Below are positions 49,701 to 63,267 of a DNA stretch of 64,000 nucleotides, piece after piece. Both the position numbers and the translations under genes were made by a program. The notes beneath the pieces were generated by a model. That model saw only the letters and a list, made by a program, of their open reading frames with translations, was not told the DNA's origin and made no database searches. The stretch's first letter is position 1. The number at the start of each line of letters is the position of its first letter. Source of the DNA: Phoronis australis (Eukaryota > Animalia > Phoronida); assembly GCA_002633005.1 (NCBI GenBank), contig NMRA01000003.1:1143866-1207865 (forward strand), written 5' to 3'.

Positions 49701-51961
49701 AGGGTTTGGGTAAAACTGACAATTCCTTATTATTCGAGACCAGACTCTACAAGTTGACTGACCTCTATTGGTCATTTTATGCACGAAGCGTGGTCTCAAG
49801 AAATAATGCAAACTGTCAAGTTTTCAAGTCAGAAATCACTTCTCATCTGAACAAGGAACAAGTTGAAATCAGTTTAATGGCACGAGATCTTAATCTATAG
49901 TTGATTTGATGTGATGTGGTTTTGATGATTGCCACTTTAAGCAGGTTTAACATCTAACCAAAAGGAAACTGTTGAATAAAGCACCTAGTTACCTTTTCAG
50001 CTGTCTTGTAAATAGCCTCTCTGTTGCTCAGATCCACTACATATGTATGCACTCGACCTCCATACTTCTTGATTTCTTGGGCCGTTTCTTTGTTACCTTC
50101 CTCATTGATGTCCCACAGGACAAGACGACTGCCAAGACGGGCAAACTTAATGGCCATCAAGCGTCCGATACCACTACCTAAAATATTAGAGACAGCTAAC
50201 TGATGCCAAAACAAACTAAGGTAAAATCTCAACAATTTTGGAAATAAATGCATAAGATTGAAGAGTTGGTAACACATCCTATTGTTTGATGCCACCTATA
50301 TGGCGTAGAGCTTAAAAATGATGAACCATCGGTAACACATCATATTGTTTGATGCCACCTATCATGGCATAGAACTTAAAAATGATGAACCATTTATTTG
50401 CGGGTGCTTATTAAGTTCTTATTTGAAAATATGTGAGTCCTAAACTGCATAAAAAAATCAATTTTCCCTTTTACGACATTGTGTCCTAAATTGGTGACTG
50501 AAAAACTATTAATTTTCCTTTTCTTTTGGTGACTGAAAAACTACAAATTTTCTTTTTCTGAGCACCTTTTCCAATAAAAGGATTTACTTTTAGAGTTAAA
50601 ATTCTACAAAAGGGTCCCCTTTTTCAAACTACACAAAACTACCAAAGGGAAACTTTCAATGTTATCTCTATTTTAAAAAATGACGGCGTTCTGTCGTTCA
50701 GTAACTTTTTCAGATGTGAGGGGTTTTGAACGTGCGATAACATCTGGCTCCTTTGTTAACTGCCTAGCACAGTCTTTTGTCCCATATGACAACAAGCAGG
50801 CCAATTATCTCCCAGACTTCAAAGGGTTACTGAAACCTGGCAGAATTGATTGTCTTAACGTCTGTTGTAGTTGGGCGATTTTGGTGATTCAAAAACTAAA
50901 CATGATCAGGATTTGACAGGGAATTCAGAAATGCTATTGGTTTATGTTCAAATATAAACTTTCATTTTCAGCAGCACAGCCCAGTCAGGCTCACGATCTG
51001 ATCGGAGATAGAGCAATTATCGAAACAAAACAGAGCCCGCCCTCCAACCATAAATGCCAGAATGGAGTTTATCAGTCATGTAAGACATTTACTACAGGGG
51101 TCATCTTCCCAACTTATTGTTGGGCGATAGAATCGAACAAGGTGGGAGCAACGGGGAAACGCCGTAATGAACTTTTGTTGCAAAAGTCAAGATCCATTTC
51201 TTGACAACACATATAGCATCTCTATATGTAGGGTAGGTTTTATGGAATTTCCACTATAAAGGAGTGGTTTTGTAAAATGAAACTCTATTAAAGTGTAACC
51301 GAGTTTTCATGGAGTCTCTACAAATGCCGGATTCCCTGTTTTTGAATCCAGCATCTTCTCAATGCGGGTGTCCGGGCATCCTAATTTTTCAGCTGCACTT
51401 CCCCAGATATGAAGCAATCCCGACTATATTATTTATTTCTAGGGGTGGATCCAGGATTTTGAGTTGGGGGGAGAGGGGCAGGGTAGACTATATTTGCCAA
51501 GATTTTGCCCGTAAGACATTCGCACCCCCGTACTGCCAAATGGAATCAGGGAGAATTTTAGGGGGGCCATGTCCCCCTTGGCCCCTCCCCACTTAACTCC
51601 GTGACTGATTTCAGCAGAGGCATGCTAAGTCTGTCCTGACAAGCTGCAGCAGACGTGTTGCCTACTGAAGCACGTGCGTGGGTGTAAGTTTTCGACGATT
51701 AGCGGGTTTGTTGCCACCTTTGACTTTGTAAGGCTAATTTTAGTAAGACATAGTCACATCGTATTTTTTGTAGTCTACAGTTTTGGTTCACTCACCTGCT
51801 CCTGTCACTAAAACAGTTTCTTGGGTGACATCTTTACGTCCGACACTGACAGGAAGCAGTCTGATAAGCCACATAAATATACTAAACATTTGAATATAAA
51901 CGACCATAAATAGCGTTTTCAGAACTCCCATTATGATAACTCTAGCTTCCTCAATGTTCAT
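46744..51961 (-). CDS. SDR16C5: Short-chain dehydrogenase/reductase family 16C (epidermal retinol dehydrogenase 2 / RDH10-like), 315 aa
   Basis: Exons 51961-51796, 50177-49993, 49596-49465, 49034-48790, 48002-47877 and 46837-46744 are phase consistent. Motifs TGAGSGIG, LVLWD, NNAG, catalytic S and YCASK, and [11 protein letters not shown]; N-terminal hydrophobic anchor. The symbol is family-level. Confidence 0.93.
48207..48352. repeat. Two tandem ~65-bp GC-rich mini-element units
   Basis: GTGCACCAYCGGGGG..GCTWTAGC.CCCCACTTTTTTCAGTGC occurs twice and ends GCGCCGCCCATG. Confidence 0.6.
50268..50393. repeat. 63-bp tandem duplication
   Basis: GGTAACACATC.TATTGTTTGATGCCACCTAT...CTTAAAAATGATGAACCAT occurs twice. 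Confidence 0.85.
50680..51168 (+). mobile_element. ~500-bp MITE, copy 1
   Basis: Ends ATGACGGCGTT / AAACGCCGTAAT. Homologous along its length, in inverted orientation, to 54642-55174. Confidence 0.8.
51440..51607 (+). mobile_element. CAG..CTG MITE copy
   Basis: AGGGGTGGATCCAGGATTTTGAGTTGGGG...TCCGTGACTG, ATTTC on both flanks. Confidence 0.8.
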
Positions 51962-54641
51962 TGCTAGACAGATGAGTCGAAGCAAGCCACCTTGGTCACA
52001 GACAACGTCCAAAGTTTGTGAATTCACGATGCCTGTGCGAAGGACAAGGTCTGATTAGGAACTGTATCAGTCCCCAGCTTGCCCAAGAGATTACATAGCC
52101 AATCTGACCAACGTACAGTGTCGTTGGTCACATGATCAAGCCACCAAGTGTCGAATAGACGAACTAATGAACGCAAGCTCATTCTCAGCGCCCCAAGTGG
52201 CGGATTCAAGGAATTATGGATACGATAACGACAAAGACCGCATGTACTGTAGCTCACTCACTTCAAGACAACTTTAAATTCGAAATAATTAAAATCTTGG
52301 AAAATTTTTTAAAATCTTGCCAAGATTTGCCCTAAAAATCTCGCCATATGTGAAAAAAAATGTTGTTTACATTTTAAAATATCCAATCTACATTTTCTAA
52401 AAATCCAATATTTGCTGACCCCTGATTTATCAACTACTGAGGACGGATTTATCCTTTGGGACTCTGGTCAGGACAGTTTATTCGCAAGCCCGCAGTTTTA
52501 AAAAAATCTGCATATATACATACTTAAAAAATCTCCGAGAAAATTTATTATGCAAAGATTCTCGAGAGAAAATATACCGTGAATAATACGCTTACAAGGA
52601 AGTCACGAATTTCTAAAGATATGTGGGAATTTTCACCGCTCGTCCTTCTGAGCGGCTTGTACCAGGATCAAAGAGAGCGCGGCGCCGGAATCAGGTACAA
52701 TTGTGATGACCGTATTGCCCGATGCGAGCAAGACCATCGGCAATTAAATCTACTATCCGACCATGAAATTGTATTAGACATCTCTGACTGTACTTAATGG
52801 CGAATTTTCAAAATGCATTAACCACTAATTTTCGTTCTAAACGAAAACCACGGCGGTATTCAGCTGCAAAAAAAACAAAAAAAAAACAACCAAGTATGGT
52901 TTTCTATTTTTAAACTTGAAATCTATGAACTAATAATCTAAAAACTACAACCATTGCGCACGGTTGAACTGAAGATCATGAAACTACCGCGCGTATTGAT
53001 ATACTCAGTGGATATACAAATGCTGATCAGAGTTAACAATATCACATGGATTCATTTTTTAATTTTTTTTCAATCTCGTTTAACCAGATTTTTGACCAGG
53101 AAACAGTTGTTGTGCCCACTTTTCATTTTTTATTACTGACAAAGAGCTAGAATAGTTACACAGTCAGTGCCACCAAAATTGTCCAGAGATTCCAAGTCTT
53201 TAGTTTGGTTATCACCATATTTGCACTTTTGTATATATTTTATGATTTGAGTTCTAATAAAGATTAAAATTTAATGACACGTGAAATGTTTAGTGTACCT
53301 GTAATGTACGTGTAAGCGAGAAATTCTCCGCATGATTTGAAACTCAAAAAGCACTGACAATTTTTAGGTAATTAATGAGCTGTATTTCTCCACCGACCCC
53401 TCTCTGGCAAGGTATACTGAAGTTTGTTTTTTCCGATTTTTTAAACTTTAAATTGTATGTAATTCATCGATATAAATCCCAGCTCTTGGTTATCCTTTTC
53501 AGCTTTTCTCGTAATTTTTAGAGTGACATCATGCTGGTTTCTCTAATGATGGAATCAATTACCTCTCTTCTGTTTTTATGAAATCCTACTTCACCCAGGC
53601 GATGGAATCTCAGTGATGGAACTGTCACACTTTCCAGTCTTTTAAATGGTAGCCTTTCACAAGAAAGCCGGTATTTGGACAGCACGCCTTTCATATAAAG
53701 TGCCTCATCAAATTGGTCATCATACCACGGAATAATATATTCATGCGAAGCACAGTGACATAAAAACATGCGGCCCAAACAACGAAGAAGAGTCTAAACA
53801 AAATCAATAGCACTGGTCAGAATCGAAAGATAGAGGTACGGAAAGACCAGTGTTTGTGAATTACTATCCCAATTTACTGACACCGGCTCTCTTCAGATAA
53901 AAATCATACTCTACCGTATACCGTGCTCAGTAGTTTACCCTTTCTTGCGAAATTTGGCCAACAGGAGTGACCTACAGGAGAATTGCCCTCCCGAGTTTGT
54001 ACAACACGGCTATGGGTAGCGGCTGGGAACTAGTTGGCGGGGGTGGCCATAGGCTGAAACGTGGCAGCATTAAGGGACCCCAGGGGGACAGTATTTGTTA
54101 ACTTTGTTTTCGGAAGGCAGAGACTGCGGTAACGTAATTAACCTGTTCATTACTCTGTGCGCCGACGTCTGAGAACCGAATAATGTCACCTTCCTCGTCA
54201 ATTTCAAGGACTGGGTTCTTTGTTGACGGTATCCCGTTCTGGTGTACTTTTTATACCGGTAAAAACCACTTCGTTTTGTAATGTAAAGAATGACCACCGT
54301 GACGTCATTTTAAACATATATAACTGACGTCGTGCCTCATGAAAGTCAACTATCCGCTATAAAATACATTTAATTTCATAACGGTAAGTAGTGTAAATCC
54401 AGTTACTTCTTGTGATGAAAGGCGGGATAGTATCCACTTTATATTGATTCTGACTAAATTCTTAATTGTGCTAATGGGTTAAATCAAAAGCCGTTTTTTG
54501 TTTTTGATACCTTATAGACAAATCTATGTATTTAGCCAATTGCCCCCATGGCAAGCTCTGCCCCCTTGCGTAATGTCGACTAACAAACAAAATTAAGTTT
54601 TACCCGGCTACGTGTTGTTTGTCGGGTAAAATGGCTGTTTC

Positions 54642-55174
54642 ATTACGGCGTTTTCCCGTTGCTCCCAACTTGTTCGATTCTATAGCCCAACAACAAGTTG
54701 GGAAGATGACCCCTGTAGCCAATATCTTACACGACTGATTAACTCCATTATGGCATTTATCGTTGGAAGACCAGCTCTCTTTTGTTCGATATTGCCCTAA
54801 TCTCCAATGCGGCAGCCTGACTGTGCTGTTAAAAATAAAAGTTAAGTTATAACATATTTGAACATAAACCAATAGAATTTCTGAAATCCTCGTCAAATGG
54901 TGATAAGGTTTAGTTTTGAATCGCCAAAATCGCCCAACTACAACCGAAGTTACGACAATCTGTTCTTCCCGAACGTACCAATTAATCGCCGCGCTCTGGG
55001 TTTGACCCGTGACTGTGTTCACATGGGGTCTGTTATATGCCTGGTAGATAATTGGCCTGCCTGTTGTCCATACCAGACAAAAGACTGTACTTGGCCGTTA
55101 AAAAGAAGCTAGATGTTATTACACGCTCACAACCCTCTACGTCTGGTAGTTACTGAACGGGAAAACGCCGTCAT
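54642..55174 (-). mobile_element. ~500-bp MITE, copy 2
   Basis: 19-bp TIR ATTACGGCGTTTTCCCGTT / AACGGGAAAACGCCGTCAT (1 mismatch). Confidence 0.8.
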
Positions 55175-55724
55175 GTGGAAACGAAGGTGTGTTAATAATG
55201 ATGCGTTCTAAATGGTCAGCGGTCACTCAAAATCCTAGCGATAAGTCCATCTACAAAACTATAGATTGTAACTCAGTGAACTACTTTCTGAAACTAGAAA
55301 GCAAGCTGAAATCCATTTTTGCCTCTTTCAATTTGCCATAAATTGGATTAAGTGACCATGCTTTTTTTTAAAAACAAATAAGCAAAAAAGAAAGTTATAT
55401 ATCCAGCAACAATATTTCCAAATTTAACTTGATTTTTAAATAAATAAGCTCACCATGAAATACCAAAACGCTGCTAGTTTCTAAATTACCATTTCGTTTT
55501 CATTTATGTAATTATTTCCTTTTTCCTGAAAATCATAAAAGTCTCACTTTTGGTAGCCACTTAAGCAAACAAAAAGCATTTTAATTCCCAGAGTGTTTTA
55601 GAGACCAGTGTATAAAGCATAGAATCTGAAAGGTTTTCATGAGTCTGATCAACCTAGCTGAGGTAGGATGTTCCCAAGTAAACCAAACTTGGACCCCTTC
55701 ATAGGGTAACACATAACTTCAACC

Positions 55725-55895
55725 CAGGGGTGGATCCCGGATTTGAGTTGGGGGGGGGGGGGGGCGCAGGGCANGTGCAGGGCAGAGTATTAGCCAGGAT
55801 TTTGCCTGTCATACACCCCAAGCTGTCAAATGGAATCTGGAAGAATTTTATGGAGGCCATGGGCCCCTTGGCCCACCCCCCTAAATCTGCCACTG
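55725..55895 (+). mobile_element. CAG..CTG MITE copy
   Basis: CAGGGGTGGATCCCGGATTTGAGTTGGG...AATCTGCCACTG, flanks CAACC/TAACC. Confidence 0.8.
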
Positions 55896-56621
55896 TAACC
55901 TAACTATTAAGGTTGTCCAACATCTCGTCTACAAGCAATCTACTCATGGTCACCATCAATTCGAAAATAAGTGTGGAGTGCATGTCAGTTCGTTTTCATA
56001 AAAAGTTGTGAAGCAAAGTTATGACCCAGTTAATTTTCTTTTTGTGAAAAATTTTAATCATAAGTACATTAACTCATGTATGAAAATTTTCACCACAGTA
56101 TACAGAGTTTTAGTTGAAACAAATCACCAGCAAGTGGGAGATTTTATAATGTCGATCATTTTTCAAAAAAAAAGGACAACTGTCCCACCATTTTGCAATT
56201 AAATCAGTCAGTTCAACCAGTTCATTACACATATGCATGGCACAAGGCATTTATTCATTTACCTGATATCACTGACATGGAACAATAGCATAACAATTTT
56301 CAGGTTGCCCCATATGAAAAGTAAAAGTAGACATAAATAAAAATATAAAACATGATTGCTTACACGTGTGTGTGCTTTGTATACTAGTCAATATTAAACA
56401 TGTTGTATCACAATTACAAACAGCTGTTCATACAATAACTTCAAGTATCCTAACAGTAAACACACACCCCAAACACTGGGAATTATAATGAGACAGAGTG
56501 AAGATGGCTGCTGACTCATGATTTAAACAGTTCCTCATTTGGCCACAAACAGCCAAATCAACATGTGGTTAAACAACAGAAATGCACAGGAAAATGGATT
56601 ACGGAATGTCAGTTAAAACAC

Positions 56622-59600
56622 CTATGAAATTAACTGCCACGAGCCATCTTGACACTTCTGGTACAGCTTTGGTTTGTTATCCTTGAAGATCGTTTCGAGT
56701 GGGTGTGGATGGTTCACAAAGTGTTGCATTGTTTTTCTCACTCTATCTGCAAAGTGAGGTGGTTCAACCTTGGGGGATGTTGACATGTGCTGTAATGGAG
56801 GAACACATTAGCTACCTCTTCATAAACTGAAATTGTCAGATTGTCGGACTCCACAGTTTTCAAAGGTAAAACTCATTTATGTTCGACATATGTCCCGTCG
56901 CAAGCTCGTTACCAGAAATGAAAAGGAGACAGAGGTAGGCGATATAAGATCATTTATTATGACTAATACAATTACAAGTAAATATGGTGAATACATATAA
57001 GTAAAATAAAAAATAACAATCTTTCACTGGTAAGATAGGAAATAAAAAAAAGCGCCGGCCACGTGGAAATACGATAGAATGACGAAAACAGGGTGGTAGA
57101 GGGTGGGAAAAATTAATACGTTTTGGAATGTATGACAATGTGGCCGGAACAAAGGTGAACTGAAAACGAGGTTACAATAACAAAGAAAAAGCCTAAGGAC
57201 GCGTGATAATCATCAGTCTATGAGAGCGAAGAGCTAACCAAACTCAAGGCACATGATAACAACAGACGAAGGCTGGGAATACGACTTGTAGTCCTACACA
57301 AAGGAATAATGGAATAGACCAAAATGAGGGGGGAGAGGAGTAAGGCGGTTCCATATGCTCACATAAATACATTTAATGAGTGAAATACCATTTATGATCG
57401 ACATATGTCCCCAATAACAGATAAATGATACGTGCATCGTTACATGCCATTAACACAGAACACTAAGACAACACTGCACGCTGCTAAAAAAATGACTTTG
57501 ATTAAATTTTTAATAAAATGAATTGTGTGCTCACCTTTCTTAAGAACTCATCACTTTTTGTAATGAGGAATGGTGCATATTCAAATGGGTCGTAACTGAA
57601 TGGCCCAATGCGCAGTAGACCATCACGGCTATCATAAACTTTAAGGTGCTACAACAATAAAACAAGCGAATCAGCACAACAAACATACAAAGGGGAAAAC
57701 AAAGACATTGAATATTGACACAAAATCCTGGAAGATTGCAATACAAGAAGGTTAATGTTAAAGCAGTTAAAAACCTGTCTTACATCACAACTTTTGATTT
57801 AGGTTACACACCATTAACGACTGCTATATGATCAGATTAGAGGTGATTTTAGGTCAGTTCTTTGTTGCTCGAGACTTGGGGGACCATTTCATGAAAAGTG
57901 ACTAAAGACCAAAAATTTTGTCCATGTTAAGACCAAAAATGAAAACTGAGAAAAGACAAGTTTCATGAACACAGTTTCTTTTTGTGTGTTCGGTCTTAAC
58001 TTAGACCGAAATTAAGTTGAGTTTTGATATTAGTAAGCTGCCCTTTCACCACCTGTTGCAGATTCATAAAACTAAGAGAGGTAGCCAATGTGTGAAATAC
58101 AATTTTAAGATTAATCTTGGTCTTGAAACTCTGAATGGGGATTTGTTTACAACATTTTGGATACAATTAGGATCTTGTATACGTGTGAAGACCCTGGCAC
58201 GGCTGAAAAATATCATTTCACAAGTGCAGGTTAAGTCGCACAGCCTTGACTCTACGCGTCTATGCTGCTTTGAAGGTTCTCAAATCAACAAGCAGATGAT
58301 TTTCAATTTCACATTGTTCAGGGACATCACATCGTGAAAAGTATCAACGGAATTTGTTCCTCAACAGTTTACAGTTATGACAGTCATAAATATTGGTCAC
58401 TTAACCTACATACTCCATAGCAGGCTATTTTGGTCTTAGCTTAGATCGATATCAATCTTAATTTTGGTCCTTACAAAATTTTATGAAACAGGGCTCAGGC
58501 ATTTTGGTCTTACGTTAGTCAGATTTTGGTCCAAGTTAAGACAGAAAAAGGCATTCCCAAGGTCTATCTGACTTGTGTCACGGTATGTTATTTCATGCGC
58601 TGAGAATGGTCTCAGAAACGAACAATCAGTTTTTTGCAAACCCCTAGACGTAATTTCAAGTTCATCTGGGTAGGGAACTAGTTGAGACCAATTTTATAGT
58701 AGTGACTGGGCGGCAAAGCAAGGAAAGTTTTTTACAAAGGACGAATACAATGCTTGATTTTTCACTTGTACAAGATCAACCATTAATGAATAATTTGTGC
58801 AATAAGGAATAAAAATTAATTCAGTTCAGATTTGAAGTTGAATTAATATCAGGTCAATCTTGGGTAAAAGGACGTTTTGCTCAAAAAACAGAGAGATAAG
58901 CCATCATAAAAACACTTAAAAATGTCAAAACGTACACAAATCACCATGTGAGACTGAAACAAACAGAAGTAAAGCACTAGTCTTGACTGCTATGAATGAG
59001 GTAAATAGTCCAAAAGAAACTTTATCACCATTATTGATTACCTCGCTAGTTCCAGTGAAGTGCCTGGCTCCCCTTAGATACATGTCAGGACCTTTATCTG
59101 GGAACGTTGCATGAAACAGTTCGCCACGCTTGACATGAAATCCTGAAAATTGCAATTTTGATCAATAGGCACCGGGTAGCACAAACCAATGATTAGTATA
59201 ATTCATGATAAAAGATGCTCACAAGGAACATTTTCTTCATACTTACTGAGACACACTGCCACAGGAAATGGTTCCAATCTCCAAATCCATCACATTAGCA
59301 AGTTTAAAAGAGTGTGAAAAAGCCACCAGGTTTTGACTGAGCTTTTTGGTCAACCCTTCCAACATTTGGCTGCTTCACAAAAATTATCAATTTTTTTGAT
59401 GGTAGCAATAAATGATGTCCTATTGTTACATATGAGACCTGTTTATCAAACTTAAGAAAGAAGTTCATAATTTTCGTTTTAAGGCAGTGACACACAGAAA
59501 ATATTCATTTTTAATCTTTAAATGAACCATAACAAACAGTAAAATTCAACAATGGAAGACCTTACCAATGCCATAAACAATAGGCCAGTTTTCACCATCC

Positions 59601-62555
59601 TTGACAGTGTTGTTCAAATCTAAAATGCAATATAGAGATTTTATTGCAAATAATAGCACTATAAAATTGTTTGTTCTCATATGTGTTGCCCAAAATAAAA
59701 AAGGCGTGCATCTAGACACGAAACAAGTTTACCACATATTCTTAGTAAGCTTACTGTAAAAAGCATCTGCATATTTCCACCTTATACAAGCAGAGAAAAT
59801 GATTGGACAACAAAAATCAGCTGTATATAGTATAAGTTTTAAAAACTAGTAAATTGTAACCTCTATTATTTTCAGCTTGAAAAAAATAACTAAAAATGAA
59901 AAGCATTAAAATTGATCTTGGTGAACCTATGACAAGATAAAGTATGCTCTTGCATTAAACCTGACACACTCAAACAAGAAACATCAGGAATGACTGTACA
60001 GCAAAAAAATATCACAGTTCAGCAAGTTGGTCTTTGCAGCACAATGCTAAAGAAGAATAATTCTTGCAAGCAACAAATTCATTTACTTGTAATGCATGCC
60101 GTTTTCAAATCAAATGAATCCTCCATGGAATGGAATGTTTCTGAAACAGAAGACTGTCATAAAAGATGTGCCTACCAGCAGCAAGACAGATGACTTAAAC
60201 CAGCAAGGAGCCATGACATAAAAATTACAAAATTGCTCACAAAAACTATAAGGTGCAATTTTGAAATTTCTTCCAATTGCATTTTGTCCTGTTTAGTCGA
60301 CTATACAAATGAAAAATGAATTAATTGTTTTATTTTCATAAAATTAGTCAGATAATGAATTCCTTATTGTGATAGCAGAGATTCAGACAAGAACATTGAA
60401 ACCATCAGGGAATGCTTCAGTTTATTGGCTTCGCCCAATCTTAAAATGGTAGATTCAAAAATAGAGCACGTACACATTGCCACGACTTGAGTGGCTGGTT
60501 CATTCGATAATAATTCAACATCGGAAGAGTGTGATGCTTTTAAACCCTAAGTGCTTTGGTTAAGAATTTACCACTGCCACAGACAGGTAAACAGCGGCAA
60601 AATGCACTTTTAAAAATTTAAGTTTCCTTTGTAACCAAAATGATTCCAAAAATATGTTACGTGGAATTTTGAAACCTGTTCTAAAGTTTTTAAAAGAACA
60701 CGTGTGTGCAGTCAGAGTGCAATCATTATCTGGTCAGCTTTTATGATCCCTCTTAATCAGTGCTGTAATGACAGTTGGCAGCCCAGCTGTGTAGGGGTCA
60801 TTAGAACTGCCACATCGCTTTCTGCACAAAATTTCACCAAAGAAAGAGCTGTCATGTAAAATTCCCGCCCTGACCGACTTTAAAATGGGAGGGGAGGGGA
60901 CTAACCTGAGCCTAATCTGAAGCGAATACAACTTATTGGCTTTCTTCTATAGCATCATATTTGAACAGACTAACGAAAAAGATGTAGACTGGTTTTAAAG
61001 CAGTAAGTTGCCTAAAATCAAGATTTGTTTTATGCCTTATACGATGCATTGCATTCCTTGGAAGGGTTAAAATTACTGGTAAGATGTAGTGCATGTAAGT
61101 CAAGTCGCCCCATTGTGTTGCTTAGTCAGGTTACACAATAGAGGTTGGGTCATGTCAACAAACGGTGCTGTTTAGTTAACCAATTTCTGCTGTTCAACCA
61201 ATGAAAAAATAAAATTTTCAATGGCGTTCAGTGTTTAAAATGAGAGGGAAAAATGCTGCATCGAACTTGCTGCAGTTCCTGAACACCAATCTCAGTCTAT
61301 TTCCTAATCCCCAAATGCCAGTTGTAATCCCAACTCATAAGCATTCACAGTTACTGGTTGGGAAATGTGATGCAGTTGTACCTAATGCCATAATTTATTG
61401 CATCATCAAAAATGTTTTACTCATAGACGTTTTAACTTACTCAGGAGTCCAAGTGAAATTTCAGTGGAGAGATGTCCGTCATCAAGATATCCCCCAATCA
61501 AATGCAGCTCCAACCTAAAATATGTAAAAAACTATAATTACAGGCAATACAAATAATAAATAATGAAAGGGATGATGTAGAGATCGACACTTCGGCTTGG
61601 CGAAATAGATTATTGATGACGAGTGAAAACAGGTTTTGGCATCAAAGAAAAAAGGTCAAAACAAACACGTTGATTTCAAAGTGCACTTGGGATCCTCAAT
61701 GAAATATAACACAGAGCGACTTCAGCACAGAACTACTTTGTTTATGATGCAGTGAATACATGGGCGATTAGTCTAAGACAAGTCAGACCTCAGGCAATTT
61801 TTTTCAGAATTACGCATGATAATTGCAGAGAGATAAGTCAGACAATTAGATTTCAGACTTTGCTCTCATGGGCATTTGTGATTATGATAATTAGGTACAT
61901 AAGAATCATACTAACATGCCTTGTTCTCCTTGTGACACTTCATGGACATCATCTACCATTTGTTTCACATCTTGTTCAACATCACAGTTGTCAATGTGAG
62001 CCAAACATGTAACTTTGGAGCCTTGAAAATACAAGTATTCAAGACAACAAATGTCATTCAATTGTACCTGATTAATATGAACAAAAGAGCATTCAAACCA
62101 CTGGAAGACATGGGGTGTCACAAGGGGGCCATCTACACTCTTCAGAAAAAATTGTTTCCGTAACCCTTAAAATGGTGTACTGACGTCATTTTTGTTTGGG
62201 TCGCAATGGAGGAAGGGAGCACTCTCCAAAAATATGCCTTGCAAACCCACCTGAAGGGCGAGTATATAAAGAAGCTGTACATTATAAACAGATCTTTGTT
62301 CTCTTCTTACAGAGAAACTAATAACATCTACAGCAAACCGGTGGAAACTGATATGCAAATCAATGATTTTAACTGAAATTGCAATTTCCTTATAATAGCC
62401 CTGATGTAAGAGCACGTGAAAGTTTGTGCCTTTAATCATATTTATTTAATTACACCATTATAGGTAGCTGTTGTCTTAACCAACTGTACCTGAATGTCTT
62501 ATAACAGCAATGTGACATGTTGTGGCGTCTTCAGTGCCAACAACTGACACGTTCT
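56622..62555 (-). CDS. NTAN1: Protein N-terminal asparagine amidohydrolase (5'-partial; first exons lie beyond the right edge)
   Basis: Exons 62555-62490 (VGTEDATTCHIAVIRHSG, catalytic Cys motif), 62021-61916, 61514-61441 (LELHLIGGY), 60140-60087, 59619-59566 (WPIVYGI), 59142-59042 (FPDKGPD), 57648-57535 (LRIGPF) and 56789-56622 (STSPKVEPPHF...GSWQLIS*) are all phase consistent. AATAAA on the minus strand at ~56250. Confidence 0.93.
56874..57411 (-). mobile_element. ~490-bp insertion with 23-bp direct repeats, probably a 5'-truncated LINE
   Basis: CATTTATG(T/A)TCGACATATGTCCC at 56874-56896 and 57389-57411. Internal LRSHRLMI resembles the LINE ORF2 C-terminal SSHxLxIE motif. Confidence 0.55.
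57878..58545. mobile_element. Degenerate TIR element with TTAAGACCAAAA subterminal repeats
   Basis: GGGGACCATTTCATGAAA at left and TTTTATGAAACAGGGCTC at right. AAGACCAAAA motifs on the left are mirrored by TTTTGGTCTT on the right. Confidence 0.5.
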
Positions 62556-63267
62556 CTAAAACAAAATCAAATACAAATTTCAAACACTCAACATATACCA
62601 GCACGTAATGCTCTGCAGCCACTTGTACATGCTTAAGAGAAAAGATTTACTATGTAACGTTCATCGATATCAAAATGATGTCGGACACTTTTACTTATGA
62701 CAATTATTTTATAGTGGTATTTCACTCTTGTTTCCATTTCATTGCCTTTATTTCTCTTCAATTTGGGTAAAAAGAAATGCTAAAATTACACTTTTTCTGC
62801 TGTAAAAATGCAAATATTTTCACCCCAAGAAAATATGAAAAAAGTCCTCAACTTCGCACAAAAATAATTGCTACAACTGACAAATTTCTAATCTTTAAAT
62901 TCTCTCTTCATCGCTGTAGATGTTCACATTTCACCCAACATTATTTGACGACAGGTATTTTGTACAAAAGCTATAAGCAAAATAAAATTTTTGGAAAAAT
63001 ATTTTTGTTGAGGAATTTCACAAAATAATATTTCACTTGTCTATTTTTTACTGTAACATGTTAAAAGCAAATTAAACTTTCCTGAAAACCTGATTTTTTC
63101 CACATGTACGCCACATTAAATTTTCCCAAACTGAATACTTAAGTGCTTATTGTTAACCTCTGTAAGCACCCAATGAAAATGTATTACTGTATTGCCACAC
63201 AACAAATTTCTTTTGCTGGCTCATTGTAGCTGTGTGTACTACAATGATTATGGTAACTCTCCACTTA

